Below are positions 63,550-64,000 of a stretch of DNA of 64,000 nt, piece by piece. Where the stretch lies: positions 124,001 to 188,000 of the forward strand of contig JAPDFW010000072.1 of the NCBI GenBank assembly GCA_028826165.1, given 5' to 3'. This DNA is from Anaeramoeba ignava BMAN (Eukaryota; Protista; Anaeramoebae). The notes under the pieces are model-generated. The model was not told the DNA's origin, made no database searches, and saw only the letters and a list, made by a program, of their open reading frames with translations. Numbering within the stretch: the stretch's first letter is position 1; each line of letters starts with the position of its first letter. A program made the translations under genes and the position numbers.

Positions 63550-64000
63550 TTAATTATTAAATTTGTTAATTAATAAATCAAATAAATTTGGATTTGTTTG
63601 ATTTAATTGAAAATAATCAATTCCAATTTGAATTTCATCAATTATTTCTTTTGTAATTTGAATTTCATCTTTAATTTGATTTGAATAAATCCAATATTCT
63701 AATATTTGAAATGATTTATTACTTAATTCACTATAATCTGTAACTTTATTAGATTTATCCTCAGTTACAGATAAAAACATTCCTCGATATAATTCACTTC
63801 TCATTATTAATATTAATTTAGGAAATTTATATTGTTTTTCATTTCTTTCAATAATAAAATCTTTTTCATTTTCATTTTCATTTAAATAAATTCTTTTCAT
63901 TGTTTCTTCAATTTTTTCATTTGAATTTATAATTTCTTTAATTTCAAAATATAATTTTGGATTTATTATTCTGTTTGAATAAATCATTTCAAATATTTGA
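63550..64000 (-). CDS. 3' part of another RCC1-BTB family gene (runs off the window)
   Basis: MIYSNRIINPKLY...RSELYRGMFLSVTED...FDLLINKFNN is near-identical to the C-termini of the 37.7-43.4 kb copies. Confidence 0.85.
   Translation of the reverse strand, partial: QIFEMIYSNRIINPKLYFEIKEIINSNEKIEETMKRIYLNENENEKDFIIERNEKQYKFPKLILIMRSELYRGMFLSVTEDKSNKVTDYSELSNKSFQILEYWIYSNQIKDEIQITKEIIDEIQIGIDYFQLNQTNPNLFDLLINKFNN

Overview
This is extremely AT-rich eukaryotic genomic DNA with GT-AG spliceosomal introns, many swollen by AT microsatellites. The gene content (AP-5 mu, G-alpha, USP39/Sad1, CCDC47, AMMECR1, expanded BTB-TLDc and RCC1-BTB families) suggests an amoeboid protist. An Anaeramoeba-like metamonad is my guess and cannot be proven from the window. 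Many ORFs break at homopolymer runs, which looks like long-read consensus error. The main discovery lies in 49.8-63 kb, where the ORF track shows almost nothing between 49.8 and 57.9 kb. Two convergent genes end in homologous 5-repeat ankyrin modules, with each repeat core on one phase-0 exon. The beta-hairpin loop between repeats is encoded by arrays of single-codon (3-nt) micro-exons, AG|NNN|GT, spaced about 55-105 nt apart. I count 36 in the + strand gene (ARM-like N-terminus) and 23 in the - strand gene (RING plus four tandem kinase exons). The 59 codons cover 19 amino acids, with no stop and no Cys. Any subset can be skipped without changing frame, so this is a candidate splicing-based system for combinatorial diversification of ankyrin binding loops. 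All exon models were read by eye and need RNA confirmation.
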